Below are positions 39,100 to 49,599 of a stretch of DNA of 64,000 nt, in pieces. The notes beneath the pieces are model-generated. The model ran no database searches. It saw only the letters and a list, made by a program, of their open reading frames with translations, and had not been told where the DNA came from. Each line of letters begins with the position of its first letter. The stretch's first letter is position 1. Where the stretch lies: positions 1-64,000 of the IMG/VR virus record IMGVR_UViG_3300028888_000059; one strand, given 5' to 3'. The DNA is from a virus (lineage: Duplodnaviria; Caudoviricetes). The position numbers and the translations under genes were made by a program.

Positions 39100-41715
39100 T
39101 CAAGATATTGGTGTCAAAATATCGTTCAATTTTTTGCTTAAAGCAGATGCTGTCCTGATGTTTTCATCTTGCAATTCAACATCAAATTTTCCTTCAATAG
39201 CATAACTTTCAGCCAATTTCATTTGGTATCTTGTATTAATTTGATTTTCAATAGTATTTTCATAAAATAACATGTAAATTCTATTAGATATTTGCGAATT
39301 GGCTCTATATCCTCTATGTGTAGCCTGTGTAATTACATCAACACGATAGGATGGCATATATACAATATAAGTTCCACACCAAGCCATATTAATACCAACA
39401 TTAACAAGTTTTGGATTAGAAATAAATACATCGTACTTATCTTTATTTTTTTCAATAAGTTCTTTCCTATCAATTGGTGGAACATTTGGTTTCAACCAAA
39501 ATACTTTTAATCCAGCTTGTTCAAGAGAATTTTTCAAATAAAAAACGATGTTGTTTCCTTTCATATATTGACCACTACCACTCTCACCTGTAAAATCAGT
39601 ATATATCCAACATTTTCTATTCTCTTCTTTCTCTTTTTTACATATTTCAATAATTTTTTCTTCTTTTGGAGATGGTTTATAAACTTCTCTATTTATTGGA
39701 TAAACACATCTTATATCATCTTTTTTTCTAATTTCTATAACATCCCAATTGTACGGATTATTAAGATAATGTTTAATAACAGAATCTTCATAAAACTTAT
39801 ACATAAAAGGGTCAACACTTTTTATTTGTGATATTAAATTATTTGTATTTGCGACAATATCACTATCCTGTTGTAATGGAACATAAATGGTTTCAACTTC
39901 TGGCAAATCTTTTTCCAAATCTTTCAATGTGGCAAAAATAAAGTTTTCTGCCAAATATTTAGTAAAAACTACTGGATTTATACCTTCAGCTTCGCTAAAT
40001 CTGCTTTCTGGTAATTCAATTTTACCACTTGTCATATATTTAACATCATCATCATTTAAAGAGGCCTTTAATGTTCCATATTTCAAAATAAAATTTCTAA
40101 CATTTAAACATTCATCTTGCTCCAATTTTCTCGGAACTATAGCCATAAGAATATTATGTAAAGAGGAAGCATATCCATTATTCATTGTTCCAGATAATAA
40201 AATACATTTCTTAGAATTTCTCAAAATTGTTTTTGTGGCATTGCCAATAATGGAAGAGCTTTTATTTCCCTCATGTGCTTCATCAACAACAACTAAATCG
40301 AAATTTATCTTTTTTACTTTAATATAGTTTATCAAAGATGTCTTTTTAGTTTTATCATATGTATTTTGCCATAAAACAGAACCACACTCAGAACATTTAT
40401 AATTTGATTTTTTTGGTTTATTATCAACAAAATCTTCCTTTTTCAAAAAAGCTGTCTTTTTATTTGATAAAGTATTTTTAATTGGTTTACCACAAATGGG
40501 ACAAATAGCAAATATTCCCTTTGCTTTTTTATGATAAGTTCTATAACCAATATCTTCATCGTATTGAAATTCAATCTCTTTATAAGAAACAGAAGCAGTT
40601 CTTTTGCTATCAAGTTTAAATGTTTCTTTTCCTACAATATAAAATGTTGGTTTTTCAACTTTCTTTTTATATATGTTTATAAAATCATCTGTTGTTCTGA
40701 TAATATGTATATCACATTTATCTCTAATACAAGATTGAATTTCACTTTCCCATTGTGTTAATGTAATAGCAGGAGCTACAATCAAAATAGAATAATTATT
40801 TTTATTTCTTTCTTTAAAATAAGAATTAATTATCCATGTAGTAATAGGAGTTTTGCCAATTCCCATTTCAGCAGACAAATAAAGAGCTTTATTATGATTA
40901 AGCACCTCAATTCCAGATTGTATTAATGGTATTTGTCCTTTATAAGGTTGAAGTTCACCTTCAAACATATACTTACTAATAATATTTGGATTATAAAGAG
41001 ATTTTATGTTTTCATCGAGTTTTCTTTTAATTTCTTTATAAAAGAAATTTATATAAGATTCTATATCTTCAAACCCATCCCAATAAAAGTTGGTATAATA
41101 TTTTTTATAATCATCACTCGGTTCTGTTTCAAAAATCTCTTCTTCACTATTACTTATTCTACCGTAATGTTGGTATGTATATAATAAAGTTCTTGAGAAC
41201 TCTTCCCTGTTTGTATATGTTTTACCAATATCAAATTTATATATCAATGTCTTAAGATTATCTTTTGTTGCTGGTATATATTTAACATTTTTTACAAAAT
41301 TTAATAATTCATCCTCAAAGCTATTATTTCCCCACCAAATACCTGTATCTTTTTCTGTATTATTTGTTCCAAAACGACAAATAAGTGCGTGAAGATATGT
41401 TCCATCAGCACACGTTTTTGTCTGTACTTTATTTTCACTTCCAATGTAAAAATATATTTTTATGTTTGTCGTAATGTCATTATAATCTTTAATAGTAATA
41501 GAGCCACCATAAGATAATTTTGATATAATACGAATATCAGCTAAAACTTTCTTAACTCTTGAAGAAACATCATATAATGATATAATAAAATTATTATAAT
41601 TAACAGCAAATAATTCAACATTACACCTTGAAATTGAATTATTTTCTTCTGTTTCTATATAATAACGAGCATTTTTGTCAAAATTTATATATTTTTCAAT
41701 ACTAATTTCATTCAT
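39100..41715 (-). CDS. SF2 (SNF2-like) helicase with Zn-ribbon insertion
   Basis: AEMGIGKT, DEAH, SGT, NPKLV..G.N, QA..R..R; two CxxC pairs. Confidence 0.85.
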   Translation of the reverse strand: MNEISIEKYINFDKNARYYIETEENNSISRCNVELFAVNYNNFIISLYDVSSRVKKVLADIRIISKLSYGGSITIKDYNDITTNIKIYFYIGSENKVQTKTCADGTYLHALICRFGTNNTEKDTGIWWGNNSFEDELLNFVKNVKYIPATKDNLKTLIYKFDIGKTYTNREEFSRTLLYTYQHYGRISNSEEEIFETEPSDDYKKYYTNFYWDGFEDIESYINFFYKEIKRKLDENIKSLYNPNIISKYMFEGELQPYKGQIPLIQSGIEVLNHNKALYLSAEMGIGKTPITTWIINSYFKERNKNNYSILIVAPAITLTQWESEIQSCIRDKCDIHIIRTTDDFINIYKKKVEKPTFYIVGKETFKLDSKRTASVSYKEIEFQYDEDIGYRTYHKKAKGIFAICPICGKPIKNTLSNKKTAFLKKEDFVDNKPKKSNYKCSECGSVLWQNTYDKTKKTSLINYIKVKKINFDLVVVDEAHEGNKSSSIIGNATKTILRNSKKCILLSGTMNNGYASSLHNILMAIVPRKLEQDECLNVRNFILKYGTLKASLNDDDVKYMTSGKIELPESRFSEAEGINPVVFTKYLAENFIFATLKDLEKDLPEVETIYVPLQQDSDIVANTNNLISQIKSVDPFMYKFYEDSVIKHYLNNPYNWDVIEIRKKDDIRCVYPINREVYKPSPKEEKIIEICKKEKEENRKCWIYTDFTGESGSGQYMKGNNIVFYLKNSLEQAGLKVFWLKPNVPPIDRKELIEKNKDKYDVFISNPKLVNVGINMAWCGTYIVYMPSYRVDVITQATHRGYRANSQISNRIYMLFYENTIENQINTRYQMKLAESYAIEGKFDVELQDENIRTASALSKKLNDILTPIS

Positions 41716-43033
41716 TCGTTTGTATATCCTTTAAGCAATATTTGTATTTTTCATTTTCTTTATCAACATACAACAATCGTAAATAAGGTACTGCTTTTTT
41801 ATATACAAGTTCTTTCTTTTGTTTAGAATCATCATAAATTTCCATATTATCGACAACTTGCTTTACACCACCTACGGCAACATGAGGAATTTCATCTCTA
41901 TCATCAAAATCACTATTAATATATCCAGCAGCAATAATATTTGAGAGTTCGTTATATTTTGGCTGTTTCGGCATTGTTATTTTAGAAACTTCTATATTTG
42001 GTGCAGATGTTTCTTTTTTTATGTTTTTCCATAAAACATCATTAATATTGGATTTTATTTTTTTATTTTGATATTCTATGTTTTTTAATATATATTCTTT
42101 AAATTCTGATTTTTTTATATTTATAGTTTGAGTAAAAAACCTCATGCTATTCATAACTGTGGTGTTTTGAAAATTATATTCTTCTTTTAGTGCAGATAAA
42201 TATCTAAATTTTTCACTTAATCGCCTTAATACATAATCTTGTCCCAAATTTCTATCTTCTATTTTTAAAATAGCTCCAAATTGTTGGTATTTTTCATATT
42301 CAGTATCATTGAATTTATACAATAGATGAATTGAACCAGCAGAAAGCATTAATTCAATGCAATCTTCCATATCTTGTTTGCGTAATACACAAACAATATA
42401 CCCACCTTCTTTCACATATTGTTTTTCAATAATATCTTTTAAATAATAATATGAATTTCTTACACCATTAAGTTGTCCATAAGGTGGATTAAATAACATA
42501 ATATCAATTGTATTTTTAGGAAGAATTATTTCTTCATATGCATTATTAAATAATATGTCAATATTTCTTTCCTTACTTTTTTCATACCGATTTTGTTCTA
42601 TTTCATTTCCAATGGTGATAACATCATTCCAAAGTCCAAATAGACTTAACCATTCTCCTTCACCGCAAAATAAGTCACAAACCACTTCATATTTCATTTC
42701 TTTTGACGTTTTTTTTGTATAAGATTGACATTCCTTATTTCTATCAGAAAAAATCATATCTAGTGTTGTAACATCTCCCTTTTCAAGAAGATAAAACCAA
42801 GGGTAATAATAATCAAATCTATATGAATTTAAATATAATTTAGGTACATATAATTTATTTATTTGGTCAATTTGATATTGTTGTCCATAAAAATGTTCGA
42901 CCAGCTTTTTTGTTGTAAGTTCAGTTCTTCCAAGATTAGTTAAAAAGAAAAACAATCTATATTGTTCTATTCTATCAGTTGGATAAAACATCATTTTTGA
43001 TTCAGCTATAGTTGTTCGTCCATATGAAGTCAT
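41708..43033 (-). CDS. N6-adenine methyltransferase-like protein
   Basis: FYPT, DLFCGEG, GNEIE, NPPYG motifs; overlaps the helicase start. Confidence 0.8.
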   Translation of the reverse strand: MTSYGRTTIAESKMMFYPTDRIEQYRLFFFLTNLGRTELTTKKLVEHFYGQQYQIDQINKLYVPKLYLNSYRFDYYYPWFYLLEKGDVTTLDMIFSDRNKECQSYTKKTSKEMKYEVVCDLFCGEGEWLSLFGLWNDVITIGNEIEQNRYEKSKERNIDILFNNAYEEIILPKNTIDIMLFNPPYGQLNGVRNSYYYLKDIIEKQYVKEGGYIVCVLRKQDMEDCIELMLSAGSIHLLYKFNDTEYEKYQQFGAILKIEDRNLGQDYVLRRLSEKFRYLSALKEEYNFQNTTVMNSMRFFTQTINIKKSEFKEYILKNIEYQNKKIKSNINDVLWKNIKKETSAPNIEVSKITMPKQPKYNELSNIIAAGYINSDFDDRDEIPHVAVGGVKQVVDNMEIYDDSKQKKELVYKKAVPYLRLLYVDKENEKYKYCLKDIQTNE

Positions 43034-43117
43034 AAAAAAAATCCTTTAAATAATAATAAGTGGATTATAATCCACTTATTATTATACTATCTTTATAATT
43101 TTTTGTCAACAATAAAA

Positions 43118-43906
43118 TTACCAATGTTCTTCATTTTTACATTCTTTTTCAACTGAATCAAAACAACCTTTATAGAATTTATAAGTCAATTTCTTCAATT
43201 GAAAATATTCAAGAGTTGTATATCCTTCATCATAAAGTCTATAAATAAGATGTCTTAAAAATCCTTTACGTGGGAATCCGGGTTTTATCATATCAACAAA
43301 ATCTTCTTTTTCCTTATCGTAAATTCCAATAATACCACCATCTTTAATAGATACTTCAATTTCATATTTTAAACTATTAATATTAAAAACTTTATTATCA
43401 ATAATTTTTTGACATTCTTTATCATCAATTGGTTTATCATTTTTTTCCATGAACCATTTATTGATTTTTGCCTCAAGCTTTTTATTATGTTTTTCTATAT
43501 TTTCAGGCCGCTTTGTCTCATCGAGTATGGGTCTCATCCAATCAAGAACTTTTCCTAAATTAAGGTTATGTTTAATAACATAATACAAAAGACCTTTTTC
43601 TAAATCATATTCATCACCATGATTTGGTTTTAAAATATCGACTTCTTTTGTCCCATCAGGAAATTTTGCCACATATACATCGTTTTTAGTTTCATGAATA
43701 ATTTCTGGCAAAACCATTTCTGTTTTCTCTTTTTGAGAATTAAAATCGTTTCTGGACATATATTTATTCAAAAAGTCATTCCAGTCATTCCAACTATCCC
43801 AACTATTCCATACATAGTCTGAACTGGTACTATTTGTTTTTACAACAAAATAAGTATTATCATCACAAAAATAAGTATTACCATCACAATCTTCACAGCA
43901 CATCAT
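43118..43906 (-). CDS. Hypothetical protein
   Basis: 262-aa ORF; F.DGTK...GD.YD.EKG motif common in Firmicute phages. Confidence 0.65.
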   Translation of the reverse strand: MMCCEDCDGNTYFCDDNTYFVVKTNSTSSDYVWNSWDSWNDWNDFLNKYMSRNDFNSQKEKTEMVLPEIIHETKNDVYVAKFPDGTKEVDILKPNHGDEYDLEKGLLYYVIKHNLNLGKVLDWMRPILDETKRPENIEKHNKKLEAKINKWFMEKNDKPIDDKECQKIIDNKVFNINSLKYEIEVSIKDGGIIGIYDKEKEDFVDMIKPGFPRKGFLRHLIYRLYDEGYTTLEYFQLKKLTYKFYKGCFDSVEKECKNEEHW

Positions 43907-43916
43907 ATATTACCTC

Positions 43917-46900
43917 TTATTCTACAATATAATAATCTTTTAAAATGTCTTCCATATTTTCATAATCTTTTATGAATTTTGGTTTTCCATTTTCATCTTC
44001 ACCTTGATACACATATCTTGGTTCTTGTTTTATTTCATATACTTTTATCATTTCATTACTTGTAAACGGAGATTCATCAAAAACTTTTTTTCTTATTTTT
44101 ACTGTTTTATATGTACCATCTTTTATGTGATATAAAACAGACCGAATTGTTTTTTTAAACATCATTTCTTCTACATAATAAAGATTGTCTGGAGCATTTT
44201 CATCTTTAGTATATATCTGACCAAGATATTCATTTTCGTAAAAAAGCACGTCTTTTATATTATCTTGTAATGAATTTAATTTTTGTAGAAGAAAATTGAA
44301 AAATCCTACTTCATTAAATCCTTTTAATGTCTTCGATGTCTCTACTTCACAAAAATTTCTCAATACATCTATTTTTATAGGAATTTTTTCTTCATTAGAT
44401 ATTTTAAATTCCTTTCTCCCATGTATTTTTTGATAACAAGAATAAAACTTTATCAAACAAGATATTGACCCATAATTAGAAAAATATCCAATAGCAATAA
44501 GTTTTTCTATATGTGCAGTATTTATTTTTAGTTTCTTATCTTCTATCTTTTTAAGTATATCATAAAAAGTTGCTTTTTTATTACTAAAAATTAAACCAAG
44601 TTTATATAAATCTTCAGATGTTGTTGCAGAAAAACCTTTAATTGATTTTAGAGAAGTTGCAATGCTATTATTTTTTATATTTGCGATAGATTTTCTATTA
44701 TCATCCCCAAATTTTGGTTTTGGAAATGAGATGTCGAAATATTTGGTTGCTTCTTCTTTGGCTAATACAATTTTGTCCTTATCTTGGTTCTCTTCGAGAA
44801 GATTTAAATATACTTCATAAAAAAGCAATGGATATGTTTTTTTAATTAATGCACAATATAAGCCATCAAGAGCTACACACATGGCATGTGACGAATTGAA
44901 TGCATACCCACAACAATCACTAATAACTTGCCAAATATCTTCAATAATTTGTTTCGCTCTATTTGATTCTATGTTTTCTACGGTTGTTAATTTTTTAAAC
45001 ATCATTTCATGAAATTCTGTTTTGCATTTTTGAACAACTTCTGGTTTCTTTTTTGCAATTGCTTTAAGCATTGTATAACAGTCAGACATATCATAGCCAG
45101 CGTAGTTCAATATTGCCATAACGTTTTCTTGATACATCATCATTCCATGTGTAGAAACAAGTAGTTTATCAATTCCTTGCACTCCATATGATAAAGTTTC
45201 TCTATCTTCAAATTTTTTGTAAAGAGATTTAAAACCGGGCCTAACAGCAGCTACAAAAGCAGCTAATTCGGCAATATTACGTGGTTTATATCTCATTACT
45301 TTTTGTCTTGAGCCTTCTTGTTCAACCTGATTAATTCCCATTGTGATTCCACGAGCATAAATATCCCAAGCATTATGTTTTTCTGCTAACGTCAATAAAT
45401 CTTCAATAGAAATTACATCACCACCAATTCTGTCATATAAGCGATATATTAATTTAGAAACATCTACTTTTAATAAGTCTGCTTTTAAAAACTTATAATT
45501 TTCAATCCAAGCACCGTCAGCGCAAACACAAAGAGTTTCTTTTTTATTTGTATCACTTTTTACAAGAATTAGACCAAATTCTTCAATAATATCTTCCGAA
45601 TAAAGAAGATTCGCACAAGGGTGTACAGATAAACTATTAACAAGTTTCAAATAACTTGTGCTTTCTTTGTATATCTCATAATATTCAGGAGAAATATAAT
45701 CTTGAATATTTATATTATCTTTTTCATCCTCAGAAGCATGTTTTACATCAAGTTCATATTGGTCAATTTGCTCAGAAATTTTATTTGCAATATCGAAATC
45801 AACATTATTAACTCTTGCATACATTTTCCAAGCCCCTTTAGCCTTCATTGTTCCATAAGCAATTAAGGGGTAACAATGTCCTTTTCCATATACATCTTCC
45901 ATTGCTAGCTGTAATTTATCAGGATATCCTGAATTATGATCAATATCCGCAAGGCTTTTCGCTTCAAGAACTCTTTTTGCAGACAAAAATCTTTCAGCAT
46001 AAAGAGGGATAGCTGATTGCATTTTATCAACTTTGGTAAATCCAAGAAAGAAATTTACAAGAAAAGAAACTGAAGAGCCTCTTCCTGTTGGACTTAACAT
46101 ACATCCAAGTTCTTTTCCTTTCTTGATAAATTCATAATTTCCTAAGAAATAATCAGCATGATTGATTTCATGAATAACTGCTAAATTTCTTTCAATTTCA
46201 TTTTTATATTCTTGTTTCTTTTTTTCATCAAAATCTTTACTATATTCATTAAATCCAGTGTAAACAATTTTTCTTAATTCATCTTCTTTTTGCTCTGTTG
46301 TCATTTCTTTATATTTTAAAGCAACAGGCATTTTAATTTCTTTTGTAAAACATTCTCCTGTATATTGTTCAACATTTTCAAATACATATGTATTTTTTAT
46401 TGATTTTTCTATTTCATCTTCAGATAAAACACCTTGAATTTTAAATCTATCAAAAATAGTTTTTTCATCTGGAAAATCAAGAATAAATTGCTCTTCTTCA
46501 GGATAACGAATGTTTCTACTTTCAATATAAGCATTTCTTTTTTTTGCGTCTTCTGGATAAATATAATGAGAATCAAGACCGCATATATATTCTATATCAT
46601 ATTCTTTAGACCAATTTAAAATATTGGAGTTGATTTCTTTTTGGATATCAACATTATGATTTTGTACTTCTAAATAAAAATTATCTCCAAAATGTTCATG
46701 TAATTTTAATACAAATTCTTTAGAATATTCAAAACCATATTTATAAAAAGCAAGGCAAGCTGAAGTGCACCAAATATCATCTTTTGGTAATGACAATATA
46801 GTCTCAACATCAAGACGAGGTTTATAATAAAAACCCTCAACATTTGCAATTGTAAGAGCTTTATTTAAAGCTCTCCTACCATTTTCATTTTTTGCAAGTA

Positions 46901-47162
46901 AACAAATATGACAATTTGTAGAATCTTTTTCTTTTCTATCTTTTACCCAATATGCTTCAGCACCAATTAAAAGTTTTAAATTATTAGCCTTTGCTAACTC
47001 ATAATAGTTTATAACATTGCCTTGCCATCCGTGTTCCACAGTTGACAAAACATTTTGATTTAATTGTTTAATCCTATCAACATATTCCTCAACAAAAGTT
47101 GAGGAATCTGCTTGTCTAATATTTGTCCACATACTATGTTTATGATAATTTACAAAAGCCAT
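43917..47162 (-). CDS. dnaE: DNA polymerase III alpha subunit (family C)
   Basis: PHP domain HKHS/DSHY, GRGSS, ADID, K.DLL, RPG, YQE, YAFNSSHA. Confidence 0.95.
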   Translation of the reverse strand: MAFVNYHKHSMWTNIRQADSSTFVEEYVDRIKQLNQNVLSTVEHGWQGNVINYYELAKANNLKLLIGAEAYWVKDRKEKDSTNCHICLLAKNENGRRALNKALTIANVEGFYYKPRLDVETILSLPKDDIWCTSACLAFYKYGFEYSKEFVLKLHEHFGDNFYLEVQNHNVDIQKEINSNILNWSKEYDIEYICGLDSHYIYPEDAKKRNAYIESRNIRYPEEEQFILDFPDEKTIFDRFKIQGVLSEDEIEKSIKNTYVFENVEQYTGECFTKEIKMPVALKYKEMTTEQKEDELRKIVYTGFNEYSKDFDEKKKQEYKNEIERNLAVIHEINHADYFLGNYEFIKKGKELGCMLSPTGRGSSVSFLVNFFLGFTKVDKMQSAIPLYAERFLSAKRVLEAKSLADIDHNSGYPDKLQLAMEDVYGKGHCYPLIAYGTMKAKGAWKMYARVNNVDFDIANKISEQIDQYELDVKHASEDEKDNINIQDYISPEYYEIYKESTSYLKLVNSLSVHPCANLLYSEDIIEEFGLILVKSDTNKKETLCVCADGAWIENYKFLKADLLKVDVSKLIYRLYDRIGGDVISIEDLLTLAEKHNAWDIYARGITMGINQVEQEGSRQKVMRYKPRNIAELAAFVAAVRPGFKSLYKKFEDRETLSYGVQGIDKLLVSTHGMMMYQENVMAILNYAGYDMSDCYTMLKAIAKKKPEVVQKCKTEFHEMMFKKLTTVENIESNRAKQIIEDIWQVISDCCGYAFNSSHAMCVALDGLYCALIKKTYPLLFYEVYLNLLEENQDKDKIVLAKEEATKYFDISFPKPKFGDDNRKSIANIKNNSIATSLKSIKGFSATTSEDLYKLGLIFSNKKATFYDILKKIEDKKLKINTAHIEKLIAIGYFSNYGSISCLIKFYSCYQKIHGRKEFKISNEEKIPIKIDVLRNFCEVETSKTLKGFNEVGFFNFLLQKLNSLQDNIKDVLFYENEYLGQIYTKDENAPDNLYYVEEMMFKKTIRSVLYHIKDGTYKTVKIRKKVFDESPFTSNEMIKVYEIKQEPRYVYQGEDENGKPKFIKDYENMEDILKDYYIVE

Positions 47163-47213
47163 ATTTTAAATCCTCTATTTAGATTATATCATTAAAAAAT
47201 AAAAAAATCAATA

Positions 47214-48317
47214 TTATCCAAATAAATCTTTCAAAAAAGAATCTTCTAATTTTTGAAAATTTGTAATTCCTGATTGGTATTTTTTAAATGCATCACATAA
47301 TTTTGAAACATCACACAACATATTACAAAAAAAGGAATTTTTTTCATCAATAATCTCAGGAACCCAAAAAGATTCATTATTTATATTACTTTCTATTTCA
47401 TAAACTGTATCATCAACATAACTCAAAAACTCATTTTCCTTTTCAATATTTGTATCATATTCTAATAAATAATCATTTATCTTATATTTATTAATTAATT
47501 CTTCAGGAAAAAAATCTAAAGTGTTCATTGTTTCGCAAGATGAAAACATTTCATTTATTTCATTATCATTATATCCTAATTCATATAGATATTTTGTAAA
47601 CTCATTTTTCATCTTATCAAGAATTTCATTTCTTTCACAAATTCTGTGAGATATTTTTTTAGATTTATTTATCCATGAAATATCGGCATATTTAAGCATA
47701 TCCCAATATACATGTGATACAGTCGTTCCAGCTTCTTCAAGAGCTATTTTATATAAAAGTAATTGTCTTGCTTTTTTGTCTAATTCGGATGCTTTAAATG
47801 CTGATGATGTTTTCCAGTCTATAACAGAAACAGTGTTATCTCCGTTATCTACAACAGCATCTATATATCCTTGAAACCACAAACCATCAAAATCTAATAA
47901 AAAATGTAATTCGTTTTCTATAATATTCATTTCATAAAATTTAGAGTTATTACAAAAATGGATAATATCATATATCCACTTCTCTTTTACTTTTTCAGAT
48001 GAAAACGAATATCCTTTTAGTTCAGCATTTTGTAATTCACTTAAAATTTCTTTACTAAAATCAATTTCTTCTTTTGAGTTGTTTCTTTTTAATATAAATT
48101 GTTTTTCTAACAAAGAATGAACTTTACTTCCAAGTACAGAATATATGTTTTCTGATTTTTCTTTGCTTTGCATCACATATGTTTTATAATATTTGTATTT
48201 ACAAGTATTATAAGTTTCCAATCTACTAACAGAGTAGACTGGAATATTTTTTTCTTTCAATTCAAATAATTTATTATCTGCGTCTTCTCTTATATATGTT
48301 ATCATTATTACAGCCAT
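47214..48317 (-). CDS. PD-(D/E)XK nuclease (RecB/Cas4-like)
   Basis: S.SRL..Y..C, G..VH..LE, GYID, IDWKTS, QL.LY, three C-terminal Cys. Confidence 0.85.
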   Translation of the reverse strand: MAVIMITYIREDADNKLFELKEKNIPVYSVSRLETYNTCKYKYYKTYVMQSKEKSENIYSVLGSKVHSLLEKQFILKRNNSKEEIDFSKEILSELQNAELKGYSFSSEKVKEKWIYDIIHFCNNSKFYEMNIIENELHFLLDFDGLWFQGYIDAVVDNGDNTVSVIDWKTSSAFKASELDKKARQLLLYKIALEEAGTTVSHVYWDMLKYADISWINKSKKISHRICERNEILDKMKNEFTKYLYELGYNDNEINEMFSSCETMNTLDFFPEELINKYKINDYLLEYDTNIEKENEFLSYVDDTVYEIESNINNESFWVPEIIDEKNSFFCNMLCDVSKLCDAFKKYQSGITNFQKLEDSFLKDLFG

Positions 48318-48559
48318 TCTTTATGGGGGAATCTAATTTCATCTATTATCCATTCCATTTCTGATGTATCTACAGATTCCAAATACAAATCTTCATCTAC
48401 TTCTGGAAAAAATTGTTTTTGGCATGATTCAAATTCATGTGGTAAACAAGTCATTTTTGCTATATACATACTTAAAAAATCACCGACTGTCATTTCCAGT
48501 CTTATTTTTTCATTAACATCAACTATTTTATTGTCTTTTAAAATATCCATTTTATTCAT
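48308..48559 (-). CDS. Hypothetical protein
   Basis: Overlap-coupled ORF. Confidence 0.6.
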   Translation of the reverse strand: MNKMDILKDNKIVDVNEKIRLEMTVGDFLSMYIAKMTCLPHEFESCQKQFFPEVDEDLYLESVDTSEMEWIIDEIRFPHKEWL

Positions 48560-49599
48560 TCCTTATATTCTTTTTTACATTCATTTAGTAATTGATTAAA
48601 AACATCCAATCCATAATCAATAGGTGATGTTTTACTTCCATATTTTAAATATTTTCTATTTTCATCAAAAATATAAAAAACATTCTTTTTATAAAAATAT
48701 AATTTTTTAAATTTCTCACATTGTCGAATCATATGTGTTTCAGTTATATCTTCATCTAAACAAATAATCACATTTTCAACATATGTTTTTAATATTTTTG
48801 ACACTTGATTTTTAGACAATGAATTCCCACCGCAAGCACAGGCATTATTTATTCCTAATGCAGAACATTTCATAACACTTTTTGTACTTTCAAATATATA
48901 TAAATCATTGTTATATATTATATCAGAATAATTTTCAAAAAAACCATATAAATGATTTGTTTTTTTAAAAGGTATAACAGGAAACCATTTTGGAGTATCT
49001 TCATCTACTTCTGCTTGATTTATTCTTCCTTCTATTCCAACAATTTTACCTTTTTCATTAAACCAAGGAACACAAATTCTCGAACTGTTATCATCATAAC
49101 ATATATGAAACTTCTTTTGAGTGTTAATGTCTATTCCATCATTATAAAATAACATTGAAGGCAAGTTTCTGTAATTATTTAAAATAGAAATATCATACTC
49201 TTCTTCCTTTTCTTCTATCTCTATCTCTTTATAATCCTGTTTTTTAGAATATTTTGCATAAACACCACCAAAAAGAGGTTTTTTATTTGAATAAAATTTC
49301 CTTTCTAAATTAAAAAAATTTTCAATAAATTTAATTAATTCAGAAAAAGATATATTATTGTGCTCCATGATTATTTGAAAGATATCTCCCCGAATTCCTG
49401 TAGAATATATAACTCCAAATAAACTATCACAATAAATTTCTACACCGTTTTTATTGCTTTCTGGTGTTTTAGAACATCGAATTTGATTACAATATCTTCT
49501 GTATGTGACATTATAAAAATTCATGTTTTCTAATAATTCAACAATTTTTTCTGGATTGTTTATCAAAAAATCCTTTATATCATCAACAGAATTATACAT
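48556..49599 (-). CDS. DNA primase (Toprim)
   Basis: RI.VP....G..VG..GR, LYG, IFES.KS, LDED; follows the helicase. Confidence 0.85.
   Translation of the reverse strand: MYNSVDDIKDFLINNPEKIVELLENMNFYNVTYRRYCNQIRCSKTPESNKNGVEIYCDSLFGVIYSTGIRGDIFQIIMEHNNISFSELIKFIENFFNLERKFYSNKKPLFGGVYAKYSKKQDYKEIEIEEKEEEYDISILNNYRNLPSMLFYNDGIDINTQKKFHICYDDNSSRICVPWFNEKGKIVGIEGRINQAEVDEDTPKWFPVIPFKKTNHLYGFFENYSDIIYNNDLYIFESTKSVMKCSALGINNACACGGNSLSKNQVSKILKTYVENVIICLDEDITETHMIRQCEKFKKLYFYKKNVFYIFDENRKYLKYGSKTSPIDYGLDVFNQLLNECKKEYKE

Noticed and set aside
34620-47162. Introns or inteins in nrdD or dnaE
   Set aside because: Both frames are continuous, of normal length, with no splice-junction motifs seen.
47214-48317. 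Cas4 as evidence of a CRISPR system
   Set aside because: Sits within the replication operon; stand-alone Cas4-like/RecB nucleases are common in phages.
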